In this document: piece by piece, positions 19,246-29,595 of the stretch
Layout: each line of letters opens with the position of its first letter
Position numbering within the stretch: the stretch's first letter is position 1
Source: Gemmatimonadota bacterium
GTDB lineage: Bacteria > JBHIER01 > G020348925
Reading direction: 5' to 3'
Assembly: GCA_020348925.1 (NCBI GenBank)
Contig: CP070758.1
Location: 3,053,688 to 3,117,687, forward strand
DNA: 64,000 nucleotides
Notes under the pieces: model-generated
What the model saw: the letters and a program-made list of their open reading frames with translations, nothing else
Database searches by the model: none
What the model was told of the DNA's origin: nothing
Translations under genes and position numbers: made by a program

Positions 19246-19255
19246 CGGTATCAGG

Positions 19256-19888
19256 ATGTTTACCGGGATTATTGAAGAGTTGGGGATCGTTCAAAAAATC
19301 GTGCGTGGTGGAGGGGGGTTGACACTGACAATTCATGCCTCCCAAATCATCGATGACCTGGCCATCGGCCACAGTCTGTCGGTGAACGGTGTCTGTCTGA
19401 CCGTTACGAGTATTGAGGGTCAGAGTTTCGGCCTTGAAGCGGTTGAGGGGACTGTCCGTACGACGACACTGGGCAAAGCTCGGGTGGGGGACAGGGTGAA
19501 TCTTGAGCGAGCCGTGAGACCTTCGGATCGGATGGGTGGCCATATTGTGACCGGTCATGTGGATGGGATCGGGATCATTCGTTCGAAAGAAGAGAAAGAG
19601 AGGAGTGTCATTTTTACTATCGAAGTTCCAAATGAAATTTCCCGATACATTGTTCTCAAGGGTTCAGTGGCCGTTGACGGGGTGAGTTTGACCGTGACGG
19701 ATAGTCGAGATGCACACATTGTGCTTTCAATTATACCCCACACAGCGAAGGGTACTACTTTTGGTTTCCGAACGGTTGGTCATGAGGTGAATATCGAGGT
19801 GGATCCTATTGGGAAATATGTCGAAAAGTTTCTTGGACCGAGCAGGGGGATCCTTGATGAAACGCGGTTGAAGGAAATGGGCTATTGA
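19256..19888 (+). CDS. ribE: Riboflavin synthase alpha chain
   Basis: MFTGII, GVCLTV, VNLER, GGHIVTGHVDG, GVSLTV, IIPHT. Confidence 0.96.
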   Translation: MFTGIIEELGIVQKIVRGGGGLTLTIHASQIIDDLAIGHSLSVNGVCLTVTSIEGQSFGLEAVEGTVRTTTLGKARVGDRVNLERAVRPSDRMGGHIVTGHVDGIGIIRSKEEKERSVIFTIEVPNEISRYIVLKGSVAVDGVSLTVTDSRDAHIVLSIIPHTAKGTTFGFRTVGHEVNIEVDPIGKYVEKFLGPSRGILDETRLKEMGY

Positions 19889-19897
19889 GGAGATGTT

Positions 19898-21103
19898 ATG
19901 TCGTACTTTCATGTGATTTCTGAGGCGATATCGGATATTCGGGAGGGTAAGATTCTTATTGTCGTCGATGATGAGGATCGGGAGAACGAAGGCGATTTTA
20001 TCATGGCCGCGGAGAAAGTCACGCCGGAGGCGGTGAATTTTATGGCCATGTTCGGGCGCGGTCTTATCTGTGTTCCTATGGAGGGCAGTCGTCTCGATGC
20101 CTTGGATCTGCATCCCATGGTGAACGAGAATACGGCTAAGATGGGAACCATGTTCACTGTGTCCGCTGATGCGGTGGAGAACACGACGACAGGTATTTCG
20201 GCGCACGATCGCGCCGAAACCATTCGAGTTCTCGTGGACCCCCGTTCGCAGCCCGGAGATTTGGCCAGACCCGGCCACGTTTTTCCTCTGAGGGCCATGG
20301 ACGGGGGTGTCTTGCGGCGAGCGGGTCATACTGAGGCCGTGGTCGATTTGGCCAGATTGGCCGGTTTTTCCCCGGCAGGGGTGTTGTGCGAGATTATGGA
20401 TGAGGATGGTACCATGGCCAGAGTGCCGCGGCTTCACCGCATCGCGCAAGAGCATGGTCTCAAGATGATTACGATCGCAGATTTGATTAAATATCGCCGC
20501 CGCACCGAAGTGCTCGTACAGAAGATCGCAGTGACTCGGCTTCCGAGTAAATTCGGACAGTTCGATCTCCATATGTACGAGAGCAAAATTACGGGGAGTC
20601 ACCACATTGCTCTTGTCAAAGGGGATGTGGCTCAGTGCGAGAATGTGCTCGTTCGGGTGCATTCGCAGTGTCTCACAGGCGATGTCTTCCGGTCCATGCG
20701 CTGCGATTGTGGAAGCCAGTTGGAATACGCCCTGAGGAGAATTGAGGAAGAAGGGTGTGGGGTTGTTCTCTACATGCGTCAGGAGGGCAGGGGTATCGGG
20801 TTGGCGAACAAGATCCGGGCCTACGAGCTGCAGGATGAGGGCAAAGATACGGTGGAGGCGAACGAAGCGCTCGGCTTTCCCGCGGACCTGAGAGACTATG
20901 GCATCGGTGCCCAGATTTTAGCCGATCTCGGGTTGTCGACCATTCGCATTATGACCAACAATCCCTACAAAGTTGTCGGATTGGAAGCGTATGGATTGAC
21001 CATCATGGAACGGGTGCCCGTTGAAATTCCCGCCAATGATATGAACAAACGTTATTTGCAGACCAAGAAGGATAAACTGGGTCATCTCCTCTCCCTTGGG
21101 TAG
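19898..21103 (+). CDS. ribBA: Bifunctional DHBP synthase / GTP cyclohydrolase II
   Basis: [40 protein letters not shown]. Confidence 0.97.
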   Translation: MSYFHVISEAISDIREGKILIVVDDEDRENEGDFIMAAEKVTPEAVNFMAMFGRGLICVPMEGSRLDALDLHPMVNENTAKMGTMFTVSADAVENTTTGISAHDRAETIRVLVDPRSQPGDLARPGHVFPLRAMDGGVLRRAGHTEAVVDLARLAGFSPAGVLCEIMDEDGTMARVPRLHRIAQEHGLKMITIADLIKYRRRTEVLVQKIAVTRLPSKFGQFDLHMYESKITGSHHIALVKGDVAQCENVLVRVHSQCLTGDVFRSMRCDCGSQLEYALRRIEEEGCGVVLYMRQEGRGIGLANKIRAYELQDEGKDTVEANEALGFPADLRDYGIGAQILADLGLSTIRIMTNNPYKVVGLEAYGLTIMERVPVEIPANDMNKRYLQTKKDKLGHLLSLG

Positions 21104-21154
21104 GAACGCGGTTCCTGCGGTGTGTGAGATCCTGTTGGTAAAGGAGGTTCGGAA

Positions 21155-21616
21155 ATGAAAGAGATCAAAGGTCAGCTTACTGCGGCAGAGAGAACGTTCG
21201 GAATTGTCGTCAGTCGTTTCAACGAGTTTCTTACCTCACAATTATTGGAAGGGTGTTTGGACTGTTTGAGACGCCACGCAGCGGACGAGAACAAGATTGA
21301 GATCGTTTGGGTACCAGGATCCTTTGAGATACCCTATGCCGCACGGAAAATGGCTGAGAGCGCAAAGTACGATGCCGTCATCTGCTTGGGAGCTGTTGTC
21401 CGGGGCTCAACGCCTCACTTCGAATATATTGCGGCTGAAGTGGCGAAGGGAGTGGCCCAGACGGCCCTTGTCACAGGTGTGCCCACGATATTCGGTGTCG
21501 TAACGGCCGATACCCTGGAACAGGCCATTGAGCGGGCCGGCACGAAGGCCGGCAACAAAGGGTGGGATGCGGCGCTGAGCGCCGTGGAAATGGCCGATCT
21601 TTTCACGCAAATGTGA
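21155..21616 (+). CDS. ribH: 6,7-dimethyl-8-ribityllumazine synthase
   Basis: [31 protein letters not shown]. Confidence 0.97.
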   Translation: MKEIKGQLTAAERTFGIVVSRFNEFLTSQLLEGCLDCLRRHAADENKIEIVWVPGSFEIPYAARKMAESAKYDAVICLGAVVRGSTPHFEYIAAEVAKGVAQTALVTGVPTIFGVVTADTLEQAIERAGTKAGNKGWDAALSAVEMADLFTQM

Positions 21617-21620
21617 GGCC

Positions 21621-21643
21621 GATTCAACCATCGGTTGAGTTTT
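21621..21643 (+). terminator. Possible terminator after ribH
   Basis: TCAACC-atc-GGTTGA hairpin with a short T-run. Confidence 0.4.
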
Positions 21644-21767
21644 CACTTGCTTTTACTGGTGATAAAACCTTTATTTAGAACGAAATGGCGGTGAATGCTC
21701 CATTTTCCGATGTTGAAATGAGCTCGCATGGAGTGGAGGGAGTGTTCGTCTGAGAGGCAGGGGTACT

Positions 21768-22223
21768 ATGGGACACAGACGTATGGCCAGAGAGTTGGCA
21801 CTGCACGCGCTCTATTCGGTCGAAATGACGGGGGATCCAGTGGACACTGTCCTCAAGGATGTTTCCCGGTGGCGGAAATACTCGCGCGAGGCGCTGCTGT
21901 ATGCGACGCGATTGACAACGAATGTTTCCGAGCATCTGACTGAATGTGACCGTCTGATTGAGGAGACGGTGCGACATTGGGAGTTGTCGCGAATTGCTCT
22001 CCTCGATCGCATTATTTTGAGGATGGGAATTTGTGAGCTCCTCTTGGAAGGCGATGTCCCCTCCAGGGTGGCCATTGATGAAGCCATCGAATTGGCCAAA
22101 AAGTACAGTACTGAAAAATCGGGAGGTTTCGTCAACGGAATATTGGATACCATTCACAAGAAACACATGTCTCATGTGTCCCAGGAGAAGAACAAGATTT
22201 CTTCTGAGACAACGTTCACTTAA
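21768..22223 (+). CDS. nusB: Transcription antitermination factor NusB
   Basis: RRMARELALHALY, DRIILR, VAIDEAIELAKKY, FVNGILD; follows ribH. Confidence 0.95.
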   Translation: MGHRRMARELALHALYSVEMTGDPVDTVLKDVSRWRKYSREALLYATRLTTNVSEHLTECDRLIEETVRHWELSRIALLDRIILRMGICELLLEGDVPSRVAIDEAIELAKKYSTEKSGGFVNGILDTIHKKHMSHVSQEKNKISSETTFT

Positions 22224-22225
22224 AG

Positions 22226-22951
22226 ATGCGATACGGAATTATTTCGGATATACACGGGAATCGAGAGGCGTTGGACGTGGCCGTGCGATATCTCGAATCG
22301 GTCGGAGTGGATACGTTTATCTGTGTGGGTGACATCGTAGGCTATGGGGCCGACCCGACGCAATGTCTGGATACAGTGAAAGGATTGACCGATGCCGTGG
22401 TGGCCGGGAACCACGATCATGCTGCGGTGGGGCGGTCGGATATCGAGAATTTCAACCAACATGCAAAAATGGCTGTCTTATGGACATCCGAGCAACTGAG
22501 TGGAGAGAACAAGGACTATCTTGGGTCACTCCCCATGATGCTGCAGCTCGATGATGCCCTCATCGTCCATTCGACGCCCTTCCAACCTGAAAAATGGTAC
22601 TATCTTTTGACCCATTTTCAGTTCGTGGCAGCGTTTCAACAGTTTACGGAGCGAATCTGTTTTATCGGCCATTCCCACCAACCCGTTGTTTTTGAAAAAG
22701 GGAAACAGCACACAGGGCCTTTGCAGGGGGCGACCTTTTCCCTGTCGGATGGGTCGCGATATATCATTAACGTCGGGAGTGTCGGTCAGCCTCGCGACAA
22801 CGATCCCCGTTTGTCCTGCTGCATATACGATAGCAGTGCGATGACTGTTGAATTGATCCGTTTGGAGTACGACGTCACGTTGGCCCAGGACAAGATTCGG
22901 AAAGCGGGCCTGCCTGAATATCTGGCCCAACGGTTGGCTCATGGCGAATAA
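22226..22951 (+). CDS. Calcineurin-like metallophosphoesterase
   Basis: SDIHGN, GDIVGY, GNHD, GHSH, NVGSVGQPRD. Confidence 0.9.
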   Translation: MRYGIISDIHGNREALDVAVRYLESVGVDTFICVGDIVGYGADPTQCLDTVKGLTDAVVAGNHDHAAVGRSDIENFNQHAKMAVLWTSEQLSGENKDYLGSLPMMLQLDDALIVHSTPFQPEKWYYLLTHFQFVAAFQQFTERICFIGHSHQPVVFEKGKQHTGPLQGATFSLSDGSRYIINVGSVGQPRDNDPRLSCCIYDSSAMTVELIRLEYDVTLAQDKIRKAGLPEYLAQRLAHGE

Positions 22952-23002
22952 TCGGTGAGGCGTTCCGGCCGTCTGAGAGCCGGGAGAAGGGAAACGTTCG
23001 GT

Positions 23003-26000
23003 ATGATTGACAGAATTGTCACCAAGATTTTTGGGACGAAGCATCAACGAGACGTGAATAAGATAAAGCCTCTCGTCGAGGAGATTCATGGCCATGTCGA
23101 GAGGTTCAGACATCTCTCCGATGAGGACTTGCGAGGCAAGACCCGTGACTTTCAGAACAGGATCGAGGCTCATGTTGGTCACGTCAGGGCCGAGATCCAG
23201 AGTTTAAAGAACCAACTTCAGAACCTTTCGATTCAAACCGACGAAGAGTTAAACCTTGAAACCATTCGAGGCGAGATTGACCGCCTTGAGGAGGAAGAGC
23301 TCGCTCTGTCAGATGAGATTCTTGATGAACTCCTCCCCGAGGCTTTCGCCACTGTTCAGGAAACCTGTCGGCGTATGATGGGCAAGTCATGGAAGGTCTG
23401 TGATCAAGACATCACATGGGGGATGGTTCCTTTTGATGTCCAGCTGATCGGGGCTATTGTGCTTCATCAGGGAAAAATTGCCGAAATGGCGACCGGCGAA
23501 GGGAAAACCCTGGTGGCGACCATGCCGCTCTATCTGAACGCGTTGACGGGGAGAGGTGTTCATCTCGTCACGGTGAACGACTATCTCGCTCGTCGAGACC
23601 GGGAGTGGATGGGTCCCATATACGAGTTTCTCGGACTGACGGTGGGTTGTATTCAAAACGAAATGAATCCAGAACAGCGCAAGAGAGAGTATGGGTGCGA
23701 CATCACTTACGGCACGAACAATGAATTCGGTTTTGATTATCTTCGGGACAATATGGCCGTTCGAGCGGAGGATCGGGTGCAGAGGGGCCACCACTACGCT
23801 ATTGTCGATGAGGTGGATTCTGTCCTCATCGACGAAGCCCGAACGCCGCTCATTATCTCTGGGCCGGTATCGGAGTCCACCCACCACTTCCGCGAGATGA
23901 AGCCAATGGTCGAAAAACTTGTTCGCAGTCAGAGTCGGCTGGTGAATGAAATTGTGGTCCGGGCCGATAGGCTGCTCAAGGACGGGCAGGAGTACGAAGC
24001 CGGCATTGAGCTTCTTCGGGCTCACAGGGGATCCCCCAAGCATAATCGCCTGACGAAGCTGCTCCACGAGCCCGGCACCAAGAAACTCATGACTCGGGTG
24101 GAGATGGACTATATGAGGGACAAACGGATGGGTGAGATTGATGAGGAACTCTATTACAGCATCGATGAACGGGGCAACACCATTGATCTCACGGAGAAAG
24201 GGCGCGAGACCCTCTCACCCCGCGATCCCGAATTTTTCGTACTCCCAGATTTGGCGGAGGAGCTCTCTCGCATCGAGGGTGACGAGTCACTCTCGTCCGA
24301 GGAACGCGGGAAGCAGCACCAGAACGTTCACAAGATCTACGCCGAGCGAAGCGAAAAAATCCATAATATTCAACAGTTGCTCAAGGCCTATTCCCTCTTT
24401 GAAAAGGATGTCGAGTATGTTGTGGATCAGGGGCGCGTGATGATCGTGGACGAGTTTACCGGACGGCTCATGCCGGGGAGACGTTACTCCGATGGGCTCC
24501 ATGAGGCCATTGAAGCCAAGGAGGGAGTGACCATCGAACGGGAGACTCAAACTCTGGCGACCATCACGCTTCAGAACTATTTTCGTCTCTATGACAAATT
24601 GGCCGGAATGACGGGAACGGCTGAAACCGAGGCACCGGAATTCTATGAGATTTACAAGCTGGATGTGGTTGTCATCCCGACGAATGAATCCATCCGGCGA
24701 CCCGATTATGAGGACAGAATCTTCAGGACGCGACGGGAGAAATACAATGCCGTCGTCAATGAGATCGAGGAATGGCACAGAATCGGTCGCCCCATATTGG
24801 TTGGAACAGTAAGCGTTGAGGTGTCCGAGACCTTGAGCCGGATGTTGAAACGAAAGGGTATTCTTCATTCGGTGTTGAATGCCAAGCATCATCAGAAGGA
24901 GGCCGAAATCATCGCTCACGCCGGAGAACGCGGATCGGTGACACTGGCGACCAATATGGCCGGTCGAGGGACGGATATCAAACTCGGTCCGGGTGTGGTC
25001 AAACATCCCAACTGCGCTCTTGTCGATCCAAACCCCGGGGAGGAGGTCTGCCCGTATCTGAATGAATACCGATGCCACGAGCGCGTGCCGTGCGGCCTTC
25101 ATATCATCGGCACGGAGCGGCACGAAGCGCGCCGGATAGATCGTCAGCTGCGTGGGCGGAGCGGTCGCCAGGGCGATCCGGGATCCTCCCGATTCTACCT
25201 CTCCCTGGAAGATGATCTCATGCGCCTCTTCGGCTCTGAGCGAATCTCCGGAGTGATGGATCGATTGGGCATCGAGGACGGGGATGTTATTACGCATCCT
25301 ATGGTCACGCGGGCCATCGAGCGGGCACAAAAGCGGGTTGAGGCGTATAACTTTGATATCCGGAAACATCTTCTCGAATATGATGATGTCATGAACCAGC
25401 AGCGGACGGTGATTTACGACCTCCGGGGCCACGCTCTCGAAGGTGAGGATCTTCGAGAAGAATATCAGACCATGCTTCGCGACGTCGTGGCTCAAAAAGT
25501 CTTTCAGTACGCGGGTGATGAACATCCCGATCAATGGGATCTCAACGGACTTCGGGAGGATGTCGGTCGAACCCTGCTCGTTACCGTGCCTCTTTCCGGA
25601 GAGGAGCGGTCATCCCTGAAGTCCGAGGATCTCCAAGAGCAAATTGAAACATTGGCACAGGATTATTATACACAGAAGGAAAAGGCCCTTGAGCCTGAGA
25701 TGATGCGACAGTTGGAGCGCATGGCAATGCTGAAGGTGATCGATGAACGGTGGAAGGAACATCTGTATGAGATGGACCAGTTGAAGGAGGGGATAGGACT
25801 TCGTGCCTACGGACAGAAAAATCCTCTCATTGAATATAAGCAGGAGGGATATCGGATGTTCGTCGATCTCTTGGATCGGATTCATGAGGAGGCCGTGAGT
25901 TTGGTCTTCAAGGCCCAGTTGGTTCGGGAGCCGGTGCCGGATTCACGCCTCGGGAGAACGCCACTACGGGCTGTCCACGATACAGGGGAGGGTCTGAGCT

Positions 26001-26158
26001 ACCGAAGATCCCCGGTTCCTGCAGAACTCCACCGGCGAGAAGCCGAAATGCCGAGGATCGGGAAGCGCGAACCGGTTCGGGTTGGCCAGAAAGTGGGGCG
26101 GAATGATCCTTGCCCTTGCGGCAGCGGCAAGAAGTACAAAAAGTGTTGCGGCAGATAG
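23003..26158 (+). CDS. secA: Preprotein translocase ATPase SecA
   Basis: MATGEGKT, DEVDS, ATNMAGRGTDI, QLRGRSGRQGDPG, SEC-C tail GRNDPCPCGSGKKYKKCC. Confidence 0.98.
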   Translation: MIDRIVTKIFGTKHQRDVNKIKPLVEEIHGHVERFRHLSDEDLRGKTRDFQNRIEAHVGHVRAEIQSLKNQLQNLSIQTDEELNLETIRGEIDRLEEEELALSDEILDELLPEAFATVQETCRRMMGKSWKVCDQDITWGMVPFDVQLIGAIVLHQGKIAEMATGEGKTLVATMPLYLNALTGRGVHLVTVNDYLARRDREWMGPIYEFLGLTVGCIQNEMNPEQRKREYGCDITYGTNNEFGFDYLRDNMAVRAEDRVQRGHHYAIVDEVDSVLIDEARTPLIISGPVSESTHHFREMKPMVEKLVRSQSRLVNEIVVRADRLLKDGQEYEAGIELLRAHRGSPKHNRLTKLLHEPGTKKLMTRVEMDYMRDKRMGEIDEELYYSIDERGNTIDLTEKGRETLSPRDPEFFVLPDLAEELSRIEGDESLSSEERGKQHQNVHKIYAERSEKIHNIQQLLKAYSLFEKDVEYVVDQGRVMIVDEFTGRLMPGRRYSDGLHEAIEAKEGVTIERETQTLATITLQNYFRLYDKLAGMTGTAETEAPEFYEIYKLDVVVIPTNESIRRPDYEDRIFRTRREKYNAVVNEIEEWHRIGRPILVGTVSVEVSETLSRMLKRKGILHSVLNAKHHQKEAEIIAHAGERGSVTLATNMAGRGTDIKLGPGVVKHPNCALVDPNPGEEVCPYLNEYRCHERVPCGLHIIGTERHEARRIDRQLRGRSGRQGDPGSSRFYLSLEDDLMRLFGSERISGVMDRLGIEDGDVITHPMVTRAIERAQKRVEAYNFDIRKHLLEYDDVMNQQRTVIYDLRGHALEGEDLREEYQTMLRDVVAQKVFQYAGDEHPDQWDLNGLREDVGRTLLVTVPLSGEERSSLKSEDLQEQIETLAQDYYTQKEKALEPEMMRQLERMAMLKVIDERWKEHLYEMDQLKEGIGLRAYGQKNPLIEYKQEGYRMFVDLLDRIHEEAVSLVFKAQLVREPVPDSRLGRTPLRAVHDTGEGLSYRRSPVPAELHRREAEMPRIGKREPVRVGQKVGRNDPCPCGSGKKYKKCCGR

Positions 26159-26256
26159 CGATACTTTTTTTAAAGACCAAGGGAAATGTGCAGGCCTGGT
26201 CTGACGTGATGAACTGGGATGAGTACACTTCTTGAGAGACGGGACTTTTTTTGTGT

Positions 26257-26805
26257 ATGCCTGAGACGTTGAAATTCAGAGTGGTGTTCAAAATTCTGAA
26301 GCTGTGGCTCAAATTGCAGCACGAGGATCGGATGATCCATGTCAACAAGATCCTTGATGATGCTGAGAGCATCATGGTCTGTTTCCCGGATGGCTTTGAG
26401 GATGGGGTTGGTGCCCATAAAGTTCTGCCCTATATTCGAGAACGGTTCCCGAAGGGGAAGATAACGGTTTTCGTTTCACGCATTAATCTGGAAAAGGTGC
26501 GCAAGAGCCCGTACATCGACAACTTCATCTCTCTCTCAGAAAAGGATTTCAATTTGAGTTCACTACCGGCAAGAGATCTCATAAACAGGGTCAAATGGAT
26601 GGGATTTGATGTGGCCCTCGACTTAAATCACTCCTTTCATCTACCCACTGCGTATCTGTGCTATCGGAGCGGTGCGAAGCTTCGAATTGGGCTCAGCAAT
26701 CGAGACGCGGCTCCGTTTTTCAACTTCGAGATTGTCTCCATGCAAGACGAGAAAGCAAAAAAAGATCCGCTCATCAGTATCATCAGAGTCTTGCAAATAG
26801 TATAA
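26257..26805 (+). CDS. Glycosyltransferase family 9 N-terminal-domain-like protein
   Basis: IRERFPKGKITV, FDVALDL, SGAKLRIG resemble the heptosyltransferase N-domain; there is no C-domain. Confidence 0.55.
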   Translation: MPETLKFRVVFKILKLWLKLQHEDRMIHVNKILDDAESIMVCFPDGFEDGVGAHKVLPYIRERFPKGKITVFVSRINLEKVRKSPYIDNFISLSEKDFNLSSLPARDLINRVKWMGFDVALDLNHSFHLPTAYLCYRSGAKLRIGLSNRDAAPFFNFEIVSMQDEKAKKDPLISIIRVLQIV

Positions 26806-27148
26806 CTGCGGTTATGATAAAAATTCTTGAAACCTGAAGTCTGCCCGGAGCAAAGCGGCAGCTCTTATTCCTGCGGACGCAGAGCCTGCCTCGCAGGTAT
26901 TCCGGAGAATCTCCCCGAGGGGTGCAACAGACGCTCTCGTCAGTTGATTTATGAAGAATCCAAGTGTCAAGACCTGAAAGATATTGCACACTTTTGCCTG
27001 AGTACTCTCTTTCGTGAGTTCGGTGATGTATTTTTATGTGTTCCAGAATGTCTGCAAATAAGAAAGAAGCCCAACCATTCACTGCCGCTGCGAGCGAAGC
27101 GAAGCACTGTCCCTGGTTCTCAAGTGAGATGGCGGAGTCTGGATCATA

Positions 27149-28231
27149 ATGAAGATTACTGTCGTGCGTCTGAGTTCTCTCGGTGATACCGTTTTAATCA
27201 CCCCGATTCTGAGGGCTCTTAAAAATCGATTTCCGGATGCACACATTTCTGTGTTGGTGAAAAAGGAGTACACACCAGTTTTTTTTGAAAGTCCGCACGT
27301 TGATGAGCTGATTGCATTGGATGTTCAGGGTCCGCATCGCGGAGTGGGTGGTCTGCTGCGATTGACAAAAGAGCTCAGAGCGCACGAGTCCGATCTCTTT
27401 CTTGACCTCCATCGGAACCTCCGCAGCCGGTGGATCACAGTCGGGATCAAGGCAAAGAGAAAAATGGCCTACAACAAGAGACACTGGTCGCGCTGGGCAC
27501 TCGTCCATGCGAAATGGTTGCCCATGGAAACCCGTCATACCGTTGATCTTTATTTTGATGCATTGCGTCCACTGGGAATTGAATCGAGACAGAGAGTGCC
27601 CGAAATTTTCCTGAAGGACGAGGAGATCTTCGCAGCCAAGAAAGTATTGGCCAACGCGGGCATCGTCGAGGGGAGGGAGATCATTGGGATACACGTCGGT
27701 GCTCGGAGTGAGGTGAAGCGCTGGCACCCGGTCCGTTTTGCACACATCGCCGATGCGTTCCAGGAGCAAGGGTGGCAGACAGTGCTCTTCGCCGGAGAAG
27801 CTGACCGACAGTTTTTGAAGGAAGTCTGCGCCGCCATGCACGCCAAACCTCCGGTTTTCATTCAACCCTCACTTCGTCGACTGATGGCGCTGATTGACCG
27901 GTGTTCCGTCTTTGTGTGTCACGACTCGGGACCGATGCATCTGGCTGTTGCTCGAAAGGTTCCTGTCGTGGCCCTGTTCGGGCCGACACATCCGAAACTC
28001 GGATTCTGGCCTCTGGGAGAAGGAGACATCGGCTTGACGGCCAATGTGGAATGCAGTCCGTGCAGTCTGCACGGCACGAGGCCGTGCCGAAAAAAACTGA
28101 AGGAATGTATGGAGTATATTTCGGAAGATCGTGTCTGTGAGGCCGTCGTTCATTCATTACGGAATCCAGGGGAGGAGATCCATGTCAGAGCGGAAAGAAG
28201 CCCTGTTCTACAAAAGGCGAGACGACGGTAA
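27149..28231 (+). CDS. LPS heptosyltransferase (GT9, WaaF-like)
   Basis: RLSSLGD, KRW, HDSGPMHLA, ALFGPT, CSPC. Confidence 0.9.
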   Translation: MKITVVRLSSLGDTVLITPILRALKNRFPDAHISVLVKKEYTPVFFESPHVDELIALDVQGPHRGVGGLLRLTKELRAHESDLFLDLHRNLRSRWITVGIKAKRKMAYNKRHWSRWALVHAKWLPMETRHTVDLYFDALRPLGIESRQRVPEIFLKDEEIFAAKKVLANAGIVEGREIIGIHVGARSEVKRWHPVRFAHIADAFQEQGWQTVLFAGEADRQFLKEVCAAMHAKPPVFIQPSLRRLMALIDRCSVFVCHDSGPMHLAVARKVPVVALFGPTHPKLGFWPLGEGDIGLTANVECSPCSLHGTRPCRKKLKECMEYISEDRVCEAVVHSLRNPGEEIHVRAERSPVLQKARRR

Positions 28232-29180
28232 GATAGATTGTCTGCTGTGCCCCCGTGGATGCCGCCTGGCTGAGGGGGAGGTTGGAGCCTGCCTGGGCCG
28301 CAAGCATGAAAACGGAATCCTGTATGCTGACAATTATGCGAGAACGGTCTCCATGGCCGTTGATCCGATTGAAAAAAAGCCCTTGTATCATTTCTACCCC
28401 GGAAAACAAATACTTTCCATTGCGCCCAATGGATGTAATTTCGCTTGCTCCTACTGCCAGAATTGGGAAATATCCCAGACGGTTGTCCCGACGAGAGAGC
28501 TCTCTCCACATCAAGCCGTCGAGGCGGCCCGGAGGGTTCGTTCCGTCGGCATTGCCTATACGTACACGGAGCCCCTGGTGTGGTACGAATACCTCCTCGA
28601 TACGGGTACCCTGATACACAAGGCCGGTATGGTCAACGTCCTTGTGACAAACGGCTATATCAATGAGGAGCCGCTCCTGAAACTGTTACCAATTATTGAT
28701 GCCCTGAACATTGATGTCAAATCCCAGGCGGACTCCTTTTATCGGTCCCACTGTAAGGGTCGGCTCGAACCGGTGCTGAGAACCGCTCGCATCGCAAAGA
28801 GGAGCGGGTGTCATGTCGAAGTGACCAACCTTCTCATTCCCGGATTGAATGATGCCGACGAAGACATCGAGAGCATGGTCGAATGGGTAAGCGATCTGGG
28901 AGTTGATACGCCTCTTCACTTTTCTCGCTATTTTCCCCATTACAAGTGTGATCTCCCTCCTACGTCGGCGGAGACTTTGCAAAAAGCTTACGCCAAGGCG
29001 AAAGAACGACTCCGCTATGTCTACATAGGAAATATTTCTGTGGACGGGGCCAGCAACACCTATTGCTTCAACTGCGGCTCCCTCCTGATTTCTCGGCAAG
29101 GCTATACCGTCCACGCAGCGCATCTGAAAATGGACAGGTGTGCTGTCTGTGGTGCCCACGCTGATTTCAGAGGTGTGTGA
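28182..29180 (+). CDS. amrS: AmmeMemoRadiSam system radical SAM enzyme
   Basis: CLLCPRGC, DPIEKKPLYHF, CNFACSYCQNWEIS, YTYTEP, YVYIGN. Confidence 0.9.
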   Translation: MSERKEALFYKRRDDGKIDCLLCPRGCRLAEGEVGACLGRKHENGILYADNYARTVSMAVDPIEKKPLYHFYPGKQILSIAPNGCNFACSYCQNWEISQTVVPTRELSPHQAVEAARRVRSVGIAYTYTEPLVWYEYLLDTGTLIHKAGMVNVLVTNGYINEEPLLKLLPIIDALNIDVKSQADSFYRSHCKGRLEPVLRTARIAKRSGCHVEVTNLLIPGLNDADEDIESMVEWVSDLGVDTPLHFSRYFPHYKCDLPPTSAETLQKAYAKAKERLRYVYIGNISVDGASNTYCFNCGSLLISRQGYTVHAAHLKMDRCAVCGAHADFRGV

Positions 29181-29186
29181 ATTTCA

Positions 29187-29594
29187 TTGTCCCCCGCAAC
29201 AAACCGTTTGAACAGGAAGACACATATCCTTACGCTCGGGGATAAGCTCCTCATGGGGGCACTCTTGATTTTCGGATTGGTGTGTCTTTTCGTCTTCCCG
29301 GGAAAACGGTCGGTCGGGACATACGGCCTCATTGAATCGGGGGGGAATATGATCCGTCGCGTGGATCTCTCGTTGGACCAGGAAGTGTCGGTGTTCGGAC
29401 CACTGGGTGCAACGGTTGTTGAGGTGAAGAACGGTCAGATTCGGGTGAAACAATCACCGTGTCCTCATCAATTCTGCGTGAACATGGGATTCAAGGAGAA
29501 AGACGGGGATGTTATCGCCTGCATTCCGAATAGGGTCGTCGTGCACGTTGAGGGGAGCCAAAAGGCCGGGACAGTTAACGGAGTGACACGGTAG
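29187..29594 (+). CDS. NusG domain II (DUF1312)-containing membrane-anchored protein
   Basis: N-terminal TM, GPLG..VEV, SPCPHQFCV..G, IACIPNRVVV. Start uncertain. Confidence 0.8.
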   Translation: MSPATNRLNRKTHILTLGDKLLMGALLIFGLVCLFVFPGKRSVGTYGLIESGGNMIRRVDLSLDQEVSVFGPLGATVVEVKNGQIRVKQSPCPHQFCVNMGFKEKDGDVIACIPNRVVVHVEGSQKAGTVNGVTR

Positions 29595-29595
29595 G

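Noticed and set aside
24287-25534. 415-aa antisense ORF in secA
   Set aside because: Shadow of a conserved gene.
26827-27186. 119-aa ORF between the GT9 genes
   Set aside because: No motifs or RBS, overlaps the heptosyltransferase start, and has atypical composition.
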